64,000 bases of DNA from Nitrososphaerota archaeon (GCA_023379805.1 JAMCPI010000005.1:1853-65852); one strand, 5' to 3'. Counted from the stretch's first letter, positions 47,883 through 57,745 are shown. Numbers and translations: made by a program. Notes: generated by a model from the letters alone, not told the origin.

Positions 47883-50800
47883 TTACTTTCCACCGGGTGG
47901 TGGGGCGCCAGCGACAGGTAGACCTGTTGCCTGCATGCTCACCCAGCCGCCGAACCTTGTTAGATAGACTTCTAGACTCATGTTACTTGGCTCCAGAGTC
48001 ATTGCTCCGGGTATCTTGAAGCTGAATGAGTAGCGTCCAGGCGAGATTTCTGTAACTGTGACGTTGCTGATGTCTTGGTGATACTGGTTGGACACCGGGT
48101 TTGAGAACCAGCCGCTGCCGTGGGCCCAGTTCTGTATCCAGATTTGGAACGCGCTGTCAAGCACACCTGTAACACGTGTACCGTTAACGTAGGTCAGGTT
48201 GAATGTCGCGGTGACGGTGTCTGATGCGTTGAAAGGAGCTGGTGAGATAGCGATGTTAGACATTATCATCTTCTTGACCAATGTTACATTCATGGTTCTG
48301 TCTGAAGTCAAGTTTAGACCAACTTTGACGTAATCACTTAATTCGGTGCCGTTCTTAGGAATAACATTCATGATGTAGACTCCTGGTTCAACGTATAGTG
48401 TGTATTGGCCGTCCTTTCTCGAATTTACAGCTATACCCATTTCGGTCGCAGGATTCCAGAGACCGACCGTGGCGTTAGATACGGTTCCGCCGTTACCGGT
48501 TTTCACCCAACCGTGGATCTTTACAGCGGTCGGGGAAGCTACCTGTATTCCAGTCCAGCCGTCGCTGCTACCTGCTTTGATCTGTAGGTCGATGAAGTTG
48601 CCTGTGATATTCATGTTAGAGGGTACTGTGAAGCTGAAGTTGTAGCTACCTGAGGCTACAGGTACCTCAAGCACTGTTACATTTGCACTGATGTCTTTGT
48701 GGTACTGGTTCTGAACAGGGTTTCTCCACCAATCAGAGCCATTAGGATCTCTCCAGTTGTGCAGCCACACGGTGAAGTCTGAGTCTTGTAGCCCAGTTAA
48801 CCGGCTGCCGCCGTCCTTTGTTAAGTTGAATGCCACTGATGATGATTCGCCTATCCTGAAGTTTCTTGGGGTTACCTTCATTGGTGAGAAGAAGGCTCTC
48901 GGGCTTAGGGTGATGTTTAGCACTGTATCGGTTGTTAAGGTGAAGTTGGGTCTGAAGACGCCTGATAAACTGCTGTCCGGCGCGGGCCATGCGTTGAATA
49001 TGTATGTTCCGGGCTCGGCTATCATTATGTAGTGTCCGTTACCATCTGTTTTGCTCCAAGTGCCGCGGTGGTTAACATCATCCCATAGCCCGACGCTTAC
49101 GTTGGCTATCGGTGATCCGTTAGGTGCCTTCACGTATCCGCTGAGCTCCTTTGCGCTTCCGGAGGCAACTTGGAAGCCGGTCCAGCCGTCGCTGTTTCCG
49201 ACTCTGATCTGCATATCGATGAAGCCGCCGGTAACATTCATGCTGAGGGGGACGCTGAAGATGAAGCTGTAGTTACCTGAGCCTGATGGTGATTCTGTGA
49301 TTGTCACGTTGCTGATGTCCTTGTGATACTGGTTCTGAACAGGGTTGCTCCACCAGTTCTGACCATTAGGATCTCGCCAGTTGTGCAGCCACACGGTAAA
49401 TTCTGAGTCAGGAATGCCTGAGAGAGCCGGACCTGAAGGTGGAGGTGAAGGACCGGGTCCAGGAGCCGGACCGGGGTTGGAGCTGCCTTTTGTTAACAGG
49501 AATGATGCAGCTGAGGAGCCGCCGACTCTGAAGACTCTTGGGTTGATCTCGATCTGTGAGAACTGCGCTCTTGGAAGCAGCGTTATGTTGTATACTGTGT
49601 CAGTTGTTATTGAGAACCCGGGCTTGAAGAAGCCGCCTAGAGTACTGTTCATAGGTGGCCACGCATTCAACACATAGGTTCCAGGCTCAACAAGTAGTGA
49701 ATAGTGTCCTGTACCGTTTGTTGGGCTCCAAGCGCCTTGCTGAGTATTAGGGTTCCAGAGGTTAACACCTATGTCAGCCATTGCTGTGCCGTTCACATCT
49801 TTAACCCAGCCAGTTAGCTGGACGGAAGTCGAAGATGCTACTTGGATACCAGCCCACCCCATACTGTCGCCAAGCCTGATCTGCATATCTATGAAGCTGC
49901 CCGTAACATTCATAGAAACAGGCACAGTGAAGGTGAAACGGTAGCTTCCTGGTGCGTATTCAGTCACAACAGTATCGTTTGTGATATCCTTGTGATACTG
50001 GTCTTGAACAGGGTTACTCCACCAGTCACGACCATTAGGATCCCTCCAGTTGTTAAGCCATATTGAGAACGCCGCGTCAGGCACACCTGTAAGAGCAGGG
50101 CCTGATGGAGGAGGTGAAGGACCGGGTCCAGGAGCCGAACCACCGCCACCCATTGTGAGGTTGAATGAAGCTGTTGCGGATCCGCCTGTACGGATGTTTC
50201 TCGGTTGAACTGTGACTTGCGAGAACTGGGCTCGGGGGGTCAAAGTAATGTTGTACACTGTATCGGTGGTTAAACTGAAGCCAGGTTTGAAGAAGCCGCC
50301 CAAAGTGCTGTTCATAGGTGGCCACGCATTCAACACATAGGTTCCAGGCTCAACAACCATCACGTAGTATCCTGTATTGTCCGTCTGCATCCATGCACCG
50401 CGGTGATTGGCTTCATCCCAGAGACCTACACCCACCTGTGCAATACCGGTTCCGGTTGCGTTCTTCACGTATCCGCTTAGCTGCTTCGCACTTCCGGATG
50501 CAACTTGGAAGCCGGTCCAGCCCATGCTGTTGCCTAGACGAATTTCCATATCGATGAAGCTGCCGGTAACGTTCATGCTGACAGGTACGGTGAAGTTGAA
50601 GCGGTATCTACCCGAGAGGCTCGGAACCTCAACTATCGTTACGTTAGCGCTGATATCTCTATGATACTGGTTGGACACCGGGTTCCTCCACCACTCCTGA
50701 CCATTAGGATCCCTCCAGTTGTGTAACCAGACGGTGAATGCATCATCTGGGATGCCGGTTAGTGCAGGACCGGATGGACCGGGTGCAGGACCGGGACCGC

Positions 50801-53783
50801 CTACGCCGCCGATTGTTAGGTTAAATGAGGCTGAGGCGGTGCCGCCGATTCTCATGCTTCTTGGTGAGATGTTGATTGGTGTGAAGTTGGCTTGAGGTGT
50901 AAGTGTAACGTTGAAGACTGTGTTGGATGTTATTGAGAACCCGGGCTTGAAAATGCCGCTTAGACCGCTCTGGCCTTGGGGCCATGCGTTGAATATGTAT
51001 ACACCCGGCTCCACTAGTAGTGAGTAATGACCTGAGGCGTTAGTTGGGCTCCAAGCGCCTTGCTGAGTATTAGGGTTCCAGAGGTTAACACCAACATTCG
51101 CAAGATAGGCTCCTGTAGAGTTTCTAACCCAACCGCTTAGCTTGACCGAGGTTGACGAGGCTACTTGGATACCAGCCCATCCGTTGCTATCACCTACACG
51201 CACCTGTAAATCGATGAAGCTTCCAGTCACGTTGAGTACAGCAGGGATTGTGAAGCTGAATCTGTATCGACCTGGTGCAAACTCGGCGACAGTGACGTTA
51301 TCTGTAATATCTTGGTGATACTGGTTAGACACAGGGTTACTCCACCAGTCACGCCCATTAGGATCCCTCCAGTTGTTAAGCTGAACGGTGAAAGCTGAGT
51401 CAGGTAGACCTGAAACGGCTGCACCGCCTTGACGGGTCAAGTTGAACACAGCTGTTGCTGACCCGTTTGCGCGAATGCTTCTTGGGCTAACCTCTATTGG
51501 TGAGAAGTTGAGTCTAGGGGTCAGTGTGATGTTAAGCACTCTATCTGATGAGACGTTTAGACCGGGTTTGAAGTAGCCGCCAAGACCTGGACTATTAGGC
51601 CAAGCGTTTAGCACGTATACTCCAGAGTCAACAAGCAGCACATAGTATCCTGTACCGTTGGTTTGGCTCCAAGCACCTCTCTGATTATTGGGGTTCCAAA
51701 GACCTACACCTACGTTAGCCAGACCTGTGCCGTTGATAGCTTTAACCCAGCCGCTGAGCTGCTTTGAAGTAGCAGAAGCCACTTGGAAGCCTGACCAGCC
51801 CATGCTGTCACCAACACGGATCTCAAGGTCGATGAAGCCGCCGGTGACATTCAGTGTAGCAGGTACGGTGAAGGTGAAACCGTAGCCGCCGAAGCCACCA
51901 GGTATCTCCAATACGGTTACGTTAGCGCTGATATCTCTATGATACTGGTTGGACACCGGGTTCCTCCACCACTCCTGACCATTAGGATCCCTCCAATTGT
52001 GGATCCAAACTGTGAAGGCTGAGTCAAGTAGACCGGTAACAGGCGGACCCTGCGGAGTAGGCGAGGGGCCGGGTCCAGGAGCGGGTCCAGGACCAGGGGC
52101 TGCGCCGCCGCGGGTTAAGTTAAACGAGACTGCTGCGGAGCCTCCTGTACGAATGCTTCTTGGAGACACGTTGACAGGTGAGAAATTAACTCTTGGAGTT
52201 AGTGTGATGTTGTAGTTCGTATTGGTAGTTAGGCTGAAGCCGGGTTTGAAGAAACCACCTACGTCTACGCCAGGTTGGGGCCAAGCGTTCAAAACATAGG
52301 TTCCAGGCTCAACAAGCAGCGAATAGTATCCTGTACCGTTAGTTTGTGTCCAAGCGCCATTCTGGTTTTCAGGATTCCAGAGGTTAACACCAACATTAGC
52401 GAGGCGGGTGCCGTTGGCCGCCATAACCCAGCCTCTGAGCTCAACCGCTGAGGCAGAAGCAACTTGCAGTCCAGCCCAGCCAATGTTGTCGCCGAGACGC
52501 ACCTGCATATCGATGAAGCTTCCAGTCACGTTAAGGGCAACAGGGATTGTGAAGGTGAAACTGTACCTACCCGGAGCGTATTCTGCAACAGTAGTGTCGT
52601 TGCTGATATCTCGGTGATACTGGTTAGACACAGGGTTACTCCACCAGTCACGCCCATTAGGATCTCTCCAATTGTGCAGCCATACAGTAAAGGCTGAGTC
52701 AGTGACACCGGAGACACCGACGGCATTATCGCCAGGACGAGTCAAGTTGAACACAGCTGTTGCCGGAGCACCGACCCTGACGTTTCTAGGGCTCACAATA
52801 ATTGGTGAAAAGTTTGCTCGCTGAACCAGCGTAATATTATAGACCGTGTTGGTTGTGACGTTGAAGCCAGGTTTGAAGAAACCACCTACATCAGAACTTG
52901 GTTGGGGCCAAGCGTTCAAAACATAGGTTCCGACCTCTACAACCATCTGATAACGCCCAGAGCTGTCAGTCTGCACCCATGAACCGCGTCGGTTAACATC
53001 ATCCCAAAGACCTACACCCACATTAGCCAAACCTGTGCCATTAACAGCTTTAACCCAGCCGCTTACTTGCTTTGCAGTCGAAGCAGCTACCTGTAACCCA
53101 GTCCAGCCGCTGTTACCGCCATACATTATCTGCAGATCGACCCATCTGTTGGATGAACTGAAGTTCGCAGGCAAGTGCAGTGAAAAGCTGTAGTAACCTG
53201 GAACACCGGTAGCTGAAATGCTGACTGAATCGGTGAAATTCAGGTGGTACTGGTTCTGGTACTGATTATTCCACCAGCTTGAAGCAGATGGGTCAGACCA
53301 GTCGTGAAGCCATACCCGGAAGTCAGAGTCCTGCAGTCCAGTGATGGCTGAGGAGTTACCGGCATAGACAACCTTGAATGTCACAGAGCCATTATGATCT
53401 TGAGCAACCTGCTTCGGAGTAACAGCTAAATCCATGAAAGCGGCGCGTGGCTTCAACGAAATGTTGAAGGTTGTGTTGCTGGCGATGTTGACATTCGGCC
53501 TGAAAAACCCGCTCAGGCTGCTGTTCCCAGGTGGAAAAGCACCCAAAATATATGTGCCAGCTGCGATGGTAACATTGTAGAACCCACCACTATTCGTCAA
53601 ACCATGGGTTGTCATGTTATTAACCGGATCGTAAAAACTCATGATAACGCCAGAAGCAGGGTTACCAAGAGAATCCGAAACCGTGCCAGAAACCACTATC
53701 GAACCGCTCGAAAAAGCTGGAGGCGAGAAGAGTAATATGTACGAGAACACGAAAGCCAGTATTGAGAGGGGTACGAATCTCAT
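47883..53783 (-). CDS. Giant secreted repeat protein (1966 aa): nine two-domain repeats, each a carboxypeptidase-regulatory-like beta-sandwich plus an Ig-like domain with a Trp-rich loop
   Basis: N-terminal signal peptide. Each repeat has L.G.V....G..LA.V.V.LW...G.W..T...G.Y...V.PG.Y.LNAWP and F.VWLHNWRDPNG..WW.NPV.NQYH.DIS. Many N-x-S/T sequons. Confidence 0.85.
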   Translation of the reverse strand: MRFVPLSILAFVFSYILLFSPPAFSSGSIVVSGTVSDSLGNPASGVIMSFYDPVNNMTTHGLTNSGGFYNVTIAAGTYILGAFPPGNSSLSGFFRPNVNIASNTTFNISLKPRAAFMDLAVTPKQVAQDHNGSVTFKVVYAGNSSAITGLQDSDFRVWLHDWSDPSASSWWNNQYQNQYHLNFTDSVSISATGVPGYYSFSLHLPANFSSSNRWVDLQIMYGGNSGWTGLQVAASTAKQVSGWVKAVNGTGLANVGVGLWDDVNRRGSWVQTDSSGRYQMVVEVGTYVLNAWPQPSSDVGGFFKPGFNVTTNTVYNITLVQRANFSPIIVSPRNVRVGAPATAVFNLTRPGDNAVGVSGVTDSAFTVWLHNWRDPNGRDWWSNPVSNQYHRDISNDTTVAEYAPGRYSFTFTIPVALNVTGSFIDMQVRLGDNIGWAGLQVASASAVELRGWVMAANGTRLANVGVNLWNPENQNGAWTQTNGTGYYSLLVEPGTYVLNAWPQPGVDVGGFFKPGFSLTTNTNYNITLTPRVNFSPVNVSPRSIRTGGSAAVSFNLTRGGAAPGPGPAPGPGPSPTPQGPPVTGLLDSAFTVWIHNWRDPNGQEWWRNPVSNQYHRDISANVTVLEIPGGFGGYGFTFTVPATLNVTGGFIDLEIRVGDSMGWSGFQVASATSKQLSGWVKAINGTGLANVGVGLWNPNNQRGAWSQTNGTGYYVLLVDSGVYVLNAWPNSPGLGGYFKPGLNVSSDRVLNITLTPRLNFSPIEVSPRSIRANGSATAVFNLTRQGGAAVSGLPDSAFTVQLNNWRDPNGRDWWSNPVSNQYHQDITDNVTVAEFAPGRYRFSFTIPAVLNVTGSFIDLQVRVGDSNGWAGIQVASSTSVKLSGWVRNSTGAYLANVGVNLWNPNTQQGAWSPTNASGHYSLLVEPGVYIFNAWPQGQSGLSGIFKPGFSITSNTVFNVTLTPQANFTPINISPRSMRIGGTASASFNLTIGGVGGPGPAPGPSGPALTGIPDDAFTVWLHNWRDPNGQEWWRNPVSNQYHRDISANVTIVEVPSLSGRYRFNFTVPVSMNVTGSFIDMEIRLGNSMGWTGFQVASGSAKQLSGYVKNATGTGIAQVGVGLWDEANHRGAWMQTDNTGYYVMVVEPGTYVLNAWPPMNSTLGGFFKPGFSLTTDTVYNITLTPRAQFSQVTVQPRNIRTGGSATASFNLTMGGGGSAPGPGPSPPPSGPALTGVPDAAFSIWLNNWRDPNGRDWWSNPVQDQYHKDITNDTVVTEYAPGSYRFTFTVPVSMNVTGSFIDMQIRLGDSMGWAGIQVASSTSVQLTGWVKDVNGTAMADIGVNLWNPNTQQGAWSPTNGTGHYSLLVEPGTYVLNAWPPMNSTLGGFFKPGFSITTDTVYNITLLPRAQFSQIEINPRVFRVGGSSAASFLLTKGSSNPGPAPGPGPSPPPSGPALSGIPDSEFTVWLHNWRDPNGQNWWSNPVQNQYHKDISNVTITESPSGSGNYSFIFSVPLSMNVTGGFIDMQIRVGNSDGWTGFQVASGSAKELSGYVKAPNGSPIANVSVGLWDDVNHRGTWSKTDGNGHYIMIAEPGTYIFNAWPAPDSSLSGVFRPNFTLTTDTVLNITLSPRAFFSPMKVTPRNFRIGESSSVAFNLTKDGGSRLTGLQDSDFTVWLHNWRDPNGSDWWRNPVQNQYHKDISANVTVLEVPVASGSYNFSFTVPSNMNITGNFIDLQIKAGSSDGWTGIQVASPTAVKIHGWVKTGNGGTVSNATVGLWNPATEMGIAVNSRKDGQYTLYVEPGVYIMNVIPKNGTELSDYVKVGLNLTSDRTMNVTLVKKMIMSNIAISPAPFNASDTVTATFNLTYVNGTRVTGVLDSAFQIWIQNWAHGSGWFSNPVSNQYHQDISNVTVTEISPGRYSFSFKIPGAMTLEPSNMSLEVYLTRFGGWVSMQATGLPVAGAPPPGGK
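48065..53700 (-). repeat. Nine intragenic tandem repeats of about 620-690 bp
   Basis: NQYH motif copies at about 53250, 52615, 51940, 51315, 50660, 49995, 49325, 48700 and 48080. Confidence 0.9.
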
Positions 53784-53807
53784 AACCTGCTCGTTGCTGA
53801 AAATATA

Positions 53808-53815
53808 TATTTAAG
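53808..53815 (-). promoter_or_regulatory. Probable TATA box (CTTAAATA) of the giant repeat protein gene
   Basis: 25-32 bp upstream of the ATG at 53783. Confidence 0.55.
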
Positions 53816-53948
53816 CATATGCATACAGATGAATTCATATAAATAATATTGATAAATAGTAAAATAAGTTAGACATCATCTCGGCTGAACCCTGCCAACA
53901 CTTAAAGCAAGGTTACGTAAGCCTCTTCCAGAGGACAGGACTTCAGCA

Positions 53949-54572
53949 ATGAGTAGCTCCTATTTGCTCGATCCTTACATAATAAATATCGTTGAACGTG
54001 GGAACTCAGTCCTGGACGTGGCCTGCGGCAGAGGAAAATGGGGTCATCTCGTAAACACAAGCCACAAACCACCTAGCTTCATCATAGGGGTAGATATATG
54101 GCCACAATACCTGAAAGAGACAGCGAAGCATAGAATATACGATGATGTCATCCTCTGCGACGCTAAATACCTACCGCTGAGAGACTCGAGCTTTGACACG
54201 GTACTGGCCTGCGAGGTACTAGAACATGTGGAGAAGAGCGAGGGGAAAAACCTGCTTAAGGAGTTGGAACGAGTCTGCAGGGACAAGATAATCGTTTCAA
54301 CGCCGAAGATCCGGTTTGAACAAGACATCGTTGAAGGAAACGCCTACCAGATACATAGAAGCCGATGGTCACCTAACGAGTTGAGAAAACACGGCTACTT
54401 GGTTCGAGGAGTAGGCTTCGGACTGTTCGGAGCATCCACGCCACCCATGTTGATTATGGGACTGGCACCATTATCTTATTACCTACCTGAAACATCCTAT
54501 ATCCTACTTGCGGTCAAAGAGCGGAGGCATCTTGACTCCGAGACGCCTAACGAAGAAACCGTCTGGAAGTAG
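53949..54572 (+). CDS. Class I SAM-dependent methyltransferase
   Basis: VLDVACGRG, GVDI, LP..DSSFDTV.ACEVLEHV, STP and H.S.W motifs. Confidence 0.88.
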   Translation: MSSSYLLDPYIINIVERGNSVLDVACGRGKWGHLVNTSHKPPSFIIGVDIWPQYLKETAKHRIYDDVILCDAKYLPLRDSSFDTVLACEVLEHVEKSEGKNLLKELERVCRDKIIVSTPKIRFEQDIVEGNAYQIHRSRWSPNELRKHGYLVRGVGFGLFGASTPPMLIMGLAPLSYYLPETSYILLAVKERRHLDSETPNEETVWK

Positions 54573-57500
54573 CAAAGTAAGAACCAATGAGAGCAAGGTC
54601 GCCAACGAGATTGCGTAGCCAGCATAACCATGCCACTGCAACCCGTATTCTATCTTAACATCTAAACCGCTTCCTGAAGGCGGCAGATCAACGCATATGG
54701 AAAATGCATCACAGAGATACGGTTTCTCAGAGGAGCCGGCTACATATGCCCCCCAGTTCGAATTAAACGAGCCGCTGAAAACAAGAGATGAATGATCGGT
54801 TTCGCTGCCATAGGTATGCTCATCAGTGACATCGATCTCCGTGGGTGAGGAGCTACTAAAGGTGACGCCTTGAGCGGGCTTTCCATGCTTAAGCCAAAAC
54901 GTTTCGTTACCCGCCCGCAAGATCGCTAACGCATCCAGTTCAGCATTGGTACCGTTGATAAACACCCTGTATTCGCCTTTTTTTAGCTCAACTGGAGTGG
55001 AGAAGTGCCAATCTAGATCGCCGTCAATCGCCACATGTGAAGAAGCATTATAGATATCACCCCGTAGATAAATGAACGGCGAGGTTGACGCGTTCAACGA
55101 TGCTCCGAGAACAGCAACCTGGTAGACATTGTCTCTAGGAATCACCACAGTGGCGCCTACTGTGAAGCTTGACGAGCCGTTTAGTAGAAGACCACTCTTC
55201 TCACTGAAACGTGGGTCAGTAATGTATTTGCTTGAGCCGTAAGGAACGGCCTCCTCAGCCTCTTCATAAATAAGAAATGGCTTCTGAGCTAAAAGATTCA
55301 GTATTTTGCTGCGAGCAGCTTCAGAGTAGCCATCAGGAACAATAGCCACCTCATCCACTACGTGCAGATAGGATTGATTGTTTGAAATTATCCTGAGCAT
55401 CTGGTTAGACGCTGAGAGATTCACAGCCTGATACCTAACCCATTTCAAACCTTGATTAGTTGGATGCTCAACCGGGTAGAGAACAGCTCCGTTAACTGAA
55501 ACGGTGTAAAGCCAAGGTTCTCCAAACAGCCGCACCCAAACGTCGTAGTTACCGGCTTGCTGAGTCTGAATAGGAATCTCGAGCACCGCGTTTCCAGCAA
55601 GTGTTCTCGCGTCTCCGCTACCATAAAGCAGGCTTCCACGCGCATCCTTCTCGAACACTGATTGGACCCAAGTATACTTGTCCAGCGTCGCTAACGTAAC
55701 CGCGCTGTTGTAAGCATCATAAAAGTATCGGTGGGGCAGCGTAGCTAGGAAGAGGTCCTCAAAATTGTACAGTGAGAAGAAGAAGGCACCCGCACGATTA
55801 AGCTGCGCGCTTACATTCCCATGCGATCTGCCGATGTTCTCAAGGTAGAGTAAAGATGTGCTTGAGAAATCGTCGTCCAAATATGATAGTTTGGATAAGC
55901 CACGTGTACCATCCACCACCACGATCGTATTGTTCACCACCCTAATTTTAGGCATGTAAGCTTTATTCTCAAAGACGTAGAACGGCCCAGTCTGCTTTGC
56001 CAGTCGAAGATCATGTTGAGTCTCGAGCGACGACAGCATATCTGGAAAAACAGGGGAGACTACGTCAGACCTGTAAATAACGTATTTCACATTCATCAAC
56101 CCCAGCGTCAAACCTACTCGCCTAGTTTCATTCTGCTGAAGGAGATGATTTAACTGCAGAATCGATAAGGATGTCCAAGGCGAAGCGTCTCTAGCAGGGT
56201 CAACCATCTGAACAGTAGGTTTCCCAGAAAGGTACCTAACAGGCTCAGATATAGATCTGCCCTTGCTCCAGTTGAACTGCAAGTAAGTGTCTGAAGGCAG
56301 CCATATCACACGGAAGTCACCCTGCTGCTCAGCAAGCCACCCGTTCACCTCAGAATAGGCCTTCGGCATGCTTAACGAGTCGTAAGACCCGCGAAAATCT
56401 CCGGTTAAAACCGGCCAATTCACAAACAGAATCGATGCTGTAAGTAGCAGGATAGAGAGGTGAGACAGATATCTTCTTGTTGGACTGCTGAAGGAGCCTC
56501 CCTTTCTAGATCTACGCCCAGCTGAAGTGACTTGCACAGCTTTTGCGGCGAAGATGCCCATGAATACGGCATAGGCGAAAGCCACCAGCGCACCATACTT
56601 GTCAGGATCCCTGAAAACACCCGAAATCATGAAGTAACGATATGTTGAGCCTAGCAAGCCTCCACCGAGGTTCAACACTAAACCGAGGCAGAATATCGCG
56701 TAGAAACCTATCTTTATCAACCGCTCCTTTGAACTTTTCATCCAAGGAACGGTGTTTAATAGAAGAACAAGTGGAAGCCAAGATAGTATAAAGTAGAGCC
56801 CGTTTAATACGGGCGAGTCAAAGTCGTAGAGTGACTTGGAGAATTGTAGCCACCAGTAGCCGTTCAGCCGCAACACACTTTCAAAGGAGAGGTTGCTCTG
56901 GAGCCAAGGAAGAACTGTTGAAGAGCCTATCTGGGAGGCTGATGACAACGTATATACGGCAAAAGGCAGCAACCAGTACGAAGATAGTAGCAGAGACAGC
57001 GAGACCACAATAAAGCTCCTCAGAATCAGCTGTGAAATCAAGTATCGTTTTGAGGGAATATCTTTTGATAGAAGAGCGAACAGCATCCAAGAGAACAGAA
57101 GAATAGAGACTATAGCTAAGCTGAGGAGAAGACCATCCAGCATAACCGCTGAAGATATTCCTGCAAGAACAACTGAGGATAGAAGCATATGCTTAACCCG
57201 CTTTGCAGGTCTACCTGAGAGAAGCCCATCAGGAAAGTCAACAGATGCAAAGTAAAAAATTAGGAACAACGGGATCAAACCGTACCCAAGCAGCAACCCG
57301 ATGTGACCGGATAGAATCCTAGAGATAACCCAAGGGTTCACGCCGTAAAATAACCCGGCTAGAAACGCTGCTGGAACACTCTTGACAAGCCTGAGCGAGA
57401 AAAGAAACATCGTGTAGAAGCCTACAGTACAGCTCAGAATAACCAAGAGACGATTAGCAACATCTGTAGTGAAGAGACGACCAACTAGACTGAACAGAAG

Positions 57501-57743
57501 AATAACAGGGTATCGGGGCAGCTCGAAGTTCAGCTTACCCGCCTGCTCAAAAGAATCAAGCACAAACCCGTAGCGGAAAGGGGCTGTCCCAGACGACCCT
57601 ATGAGAACCGCGTCACCCTGCCCAACAAACCCCGGCGGAAGAATACCCCGAAAGATGAACAATGAAAAACCAAAGTAAAGCAAGAAGACAAGAAGCACCC
57701 GTTTATCACGAAGCAAAACAGGCCATGGAAACGTTATCTTCAC
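54504..57743 (-). CDS. Large polytopic membrane protein (GT-C/AftD-YfhO-like) with extracellular beta-sandwich modules
   Basis: TM-rich N-terminal half (QGD, FYGVNPW, GH..LL.GY, FRDPDKY); MPKAY...WL......FRVIWLP and MNVKYVIYRSD motifs; CBM-like GNYDVWVR and YEEAE segments; C-terminal TM. Confidence 0.7.
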   Translation of the reverse strand: MKITFPWPVLLRDKRVLLVFLLYFGFSLFIFRGILPPGFVGQGDAVLIGSSGTAPFRYGFVLDSFEQAGKLNFELPRYPVILLFSLVGRLFTTDVANRLLVILSCTVGFYTMFLFSLRLVKSVPAAFLAGLFYGVNPWVISRILSGHIGLLLGYGLIPLFLIFYFASVDFPDGLLSGRPAKRVKHMLLSSVVLAGISSAVMLDGLLLSLAIVSILLFSWMLFALLSKDIPSKRYLISQLILRSFIVVSLSLLLSSYWLLPFAVYTLSSASQIGSSTVLPWLQSNLSFESVLRLNGYWWLQFSKSLYDFDSPVLNGLYFILSWLPLVLLLNTVPWMKSSKERLIKIGFYAIFCLGLVLNLGGGLLGSTYRYFMISGVFRDPDKYGALVAFAYAVFMGIFAAKAVQVTSAGRRSRKGGSFSSPTRRYLSHLSILLLTASILFVNWPVLTGDFRGSYDSLSMPKAYSEVNGWLAEQQGDFRVIWLPSDTYLQFNWSKGRSISEPVRYLSGKPTVQMVDPARDASPWTSLSILQLNHLLQQNETRRVGLTLGLMNVKYVIYRSDVVSPVFPDMLSSLETQHDLRLAKQTGPFYVFENKAYMPKIRVVNNTIVVVDGTRGLSKLSYLDDDFSSTSLLYLENIGRSHGNVSAQLNRAGAFFFSLYNFEDLFLATLPHRYFYDAYNSAVTLATLDKYTWVQSVFEKDARGSLLYGSGDARTLAGNAVLEIPIQTQQAGNYDVWVRLFGEPWLYTVSVNGAVLYPVEHPTNQGLKWVRYQAVNLSASNQMLRIISNNQSYLHVVDEVAIVPDGYSEAARSKILNLLAQKPFLIYEEAEEAVPYGSSKYITDPRFSEKSGLLLNGSSSFTVGATVVIPRDNVYQVAVLGASLNASTSPFIYLRGDIYNASSHVAIDGDLDWHFSTPVELKKGEYRVFINGTNAELDALAILRAGNETFWLKHGKPAQGVTFSSSSPTEIDVTDEHTYGSETDHSSLVFSGSFNSNWGAYVAGSSEKPYLCDAFSICVDLPPSGSGLDVKIEYGLQWHGYAGYAISLATLLSLVLTLLLPDGFFVRRLGVKMPPLFDRK

Positions 57744-57745
57744 TA

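Noticed and set aside
47883-53783. CRISPR array or diversity-generating retroelement suggested by the repeats
   Set aside because: Repeats are in-frame coding modules of about 650 bp; there is no repeat-spacer structure, no cas or reverse transcriptase gene, and no adenine-specific variation.
54504-54572. 69-bp convergent overlap of the methyltransferase and the membrane protein
   Set aside because: Both tails are low-information extensions; an ordinary 3' overlap.
483-57255. Numerous 60-160 aa ORFs nested antisense or out of frame in enzyme genes
   Set aside because: Fully overlap well-supported CDSs and lack motifs.
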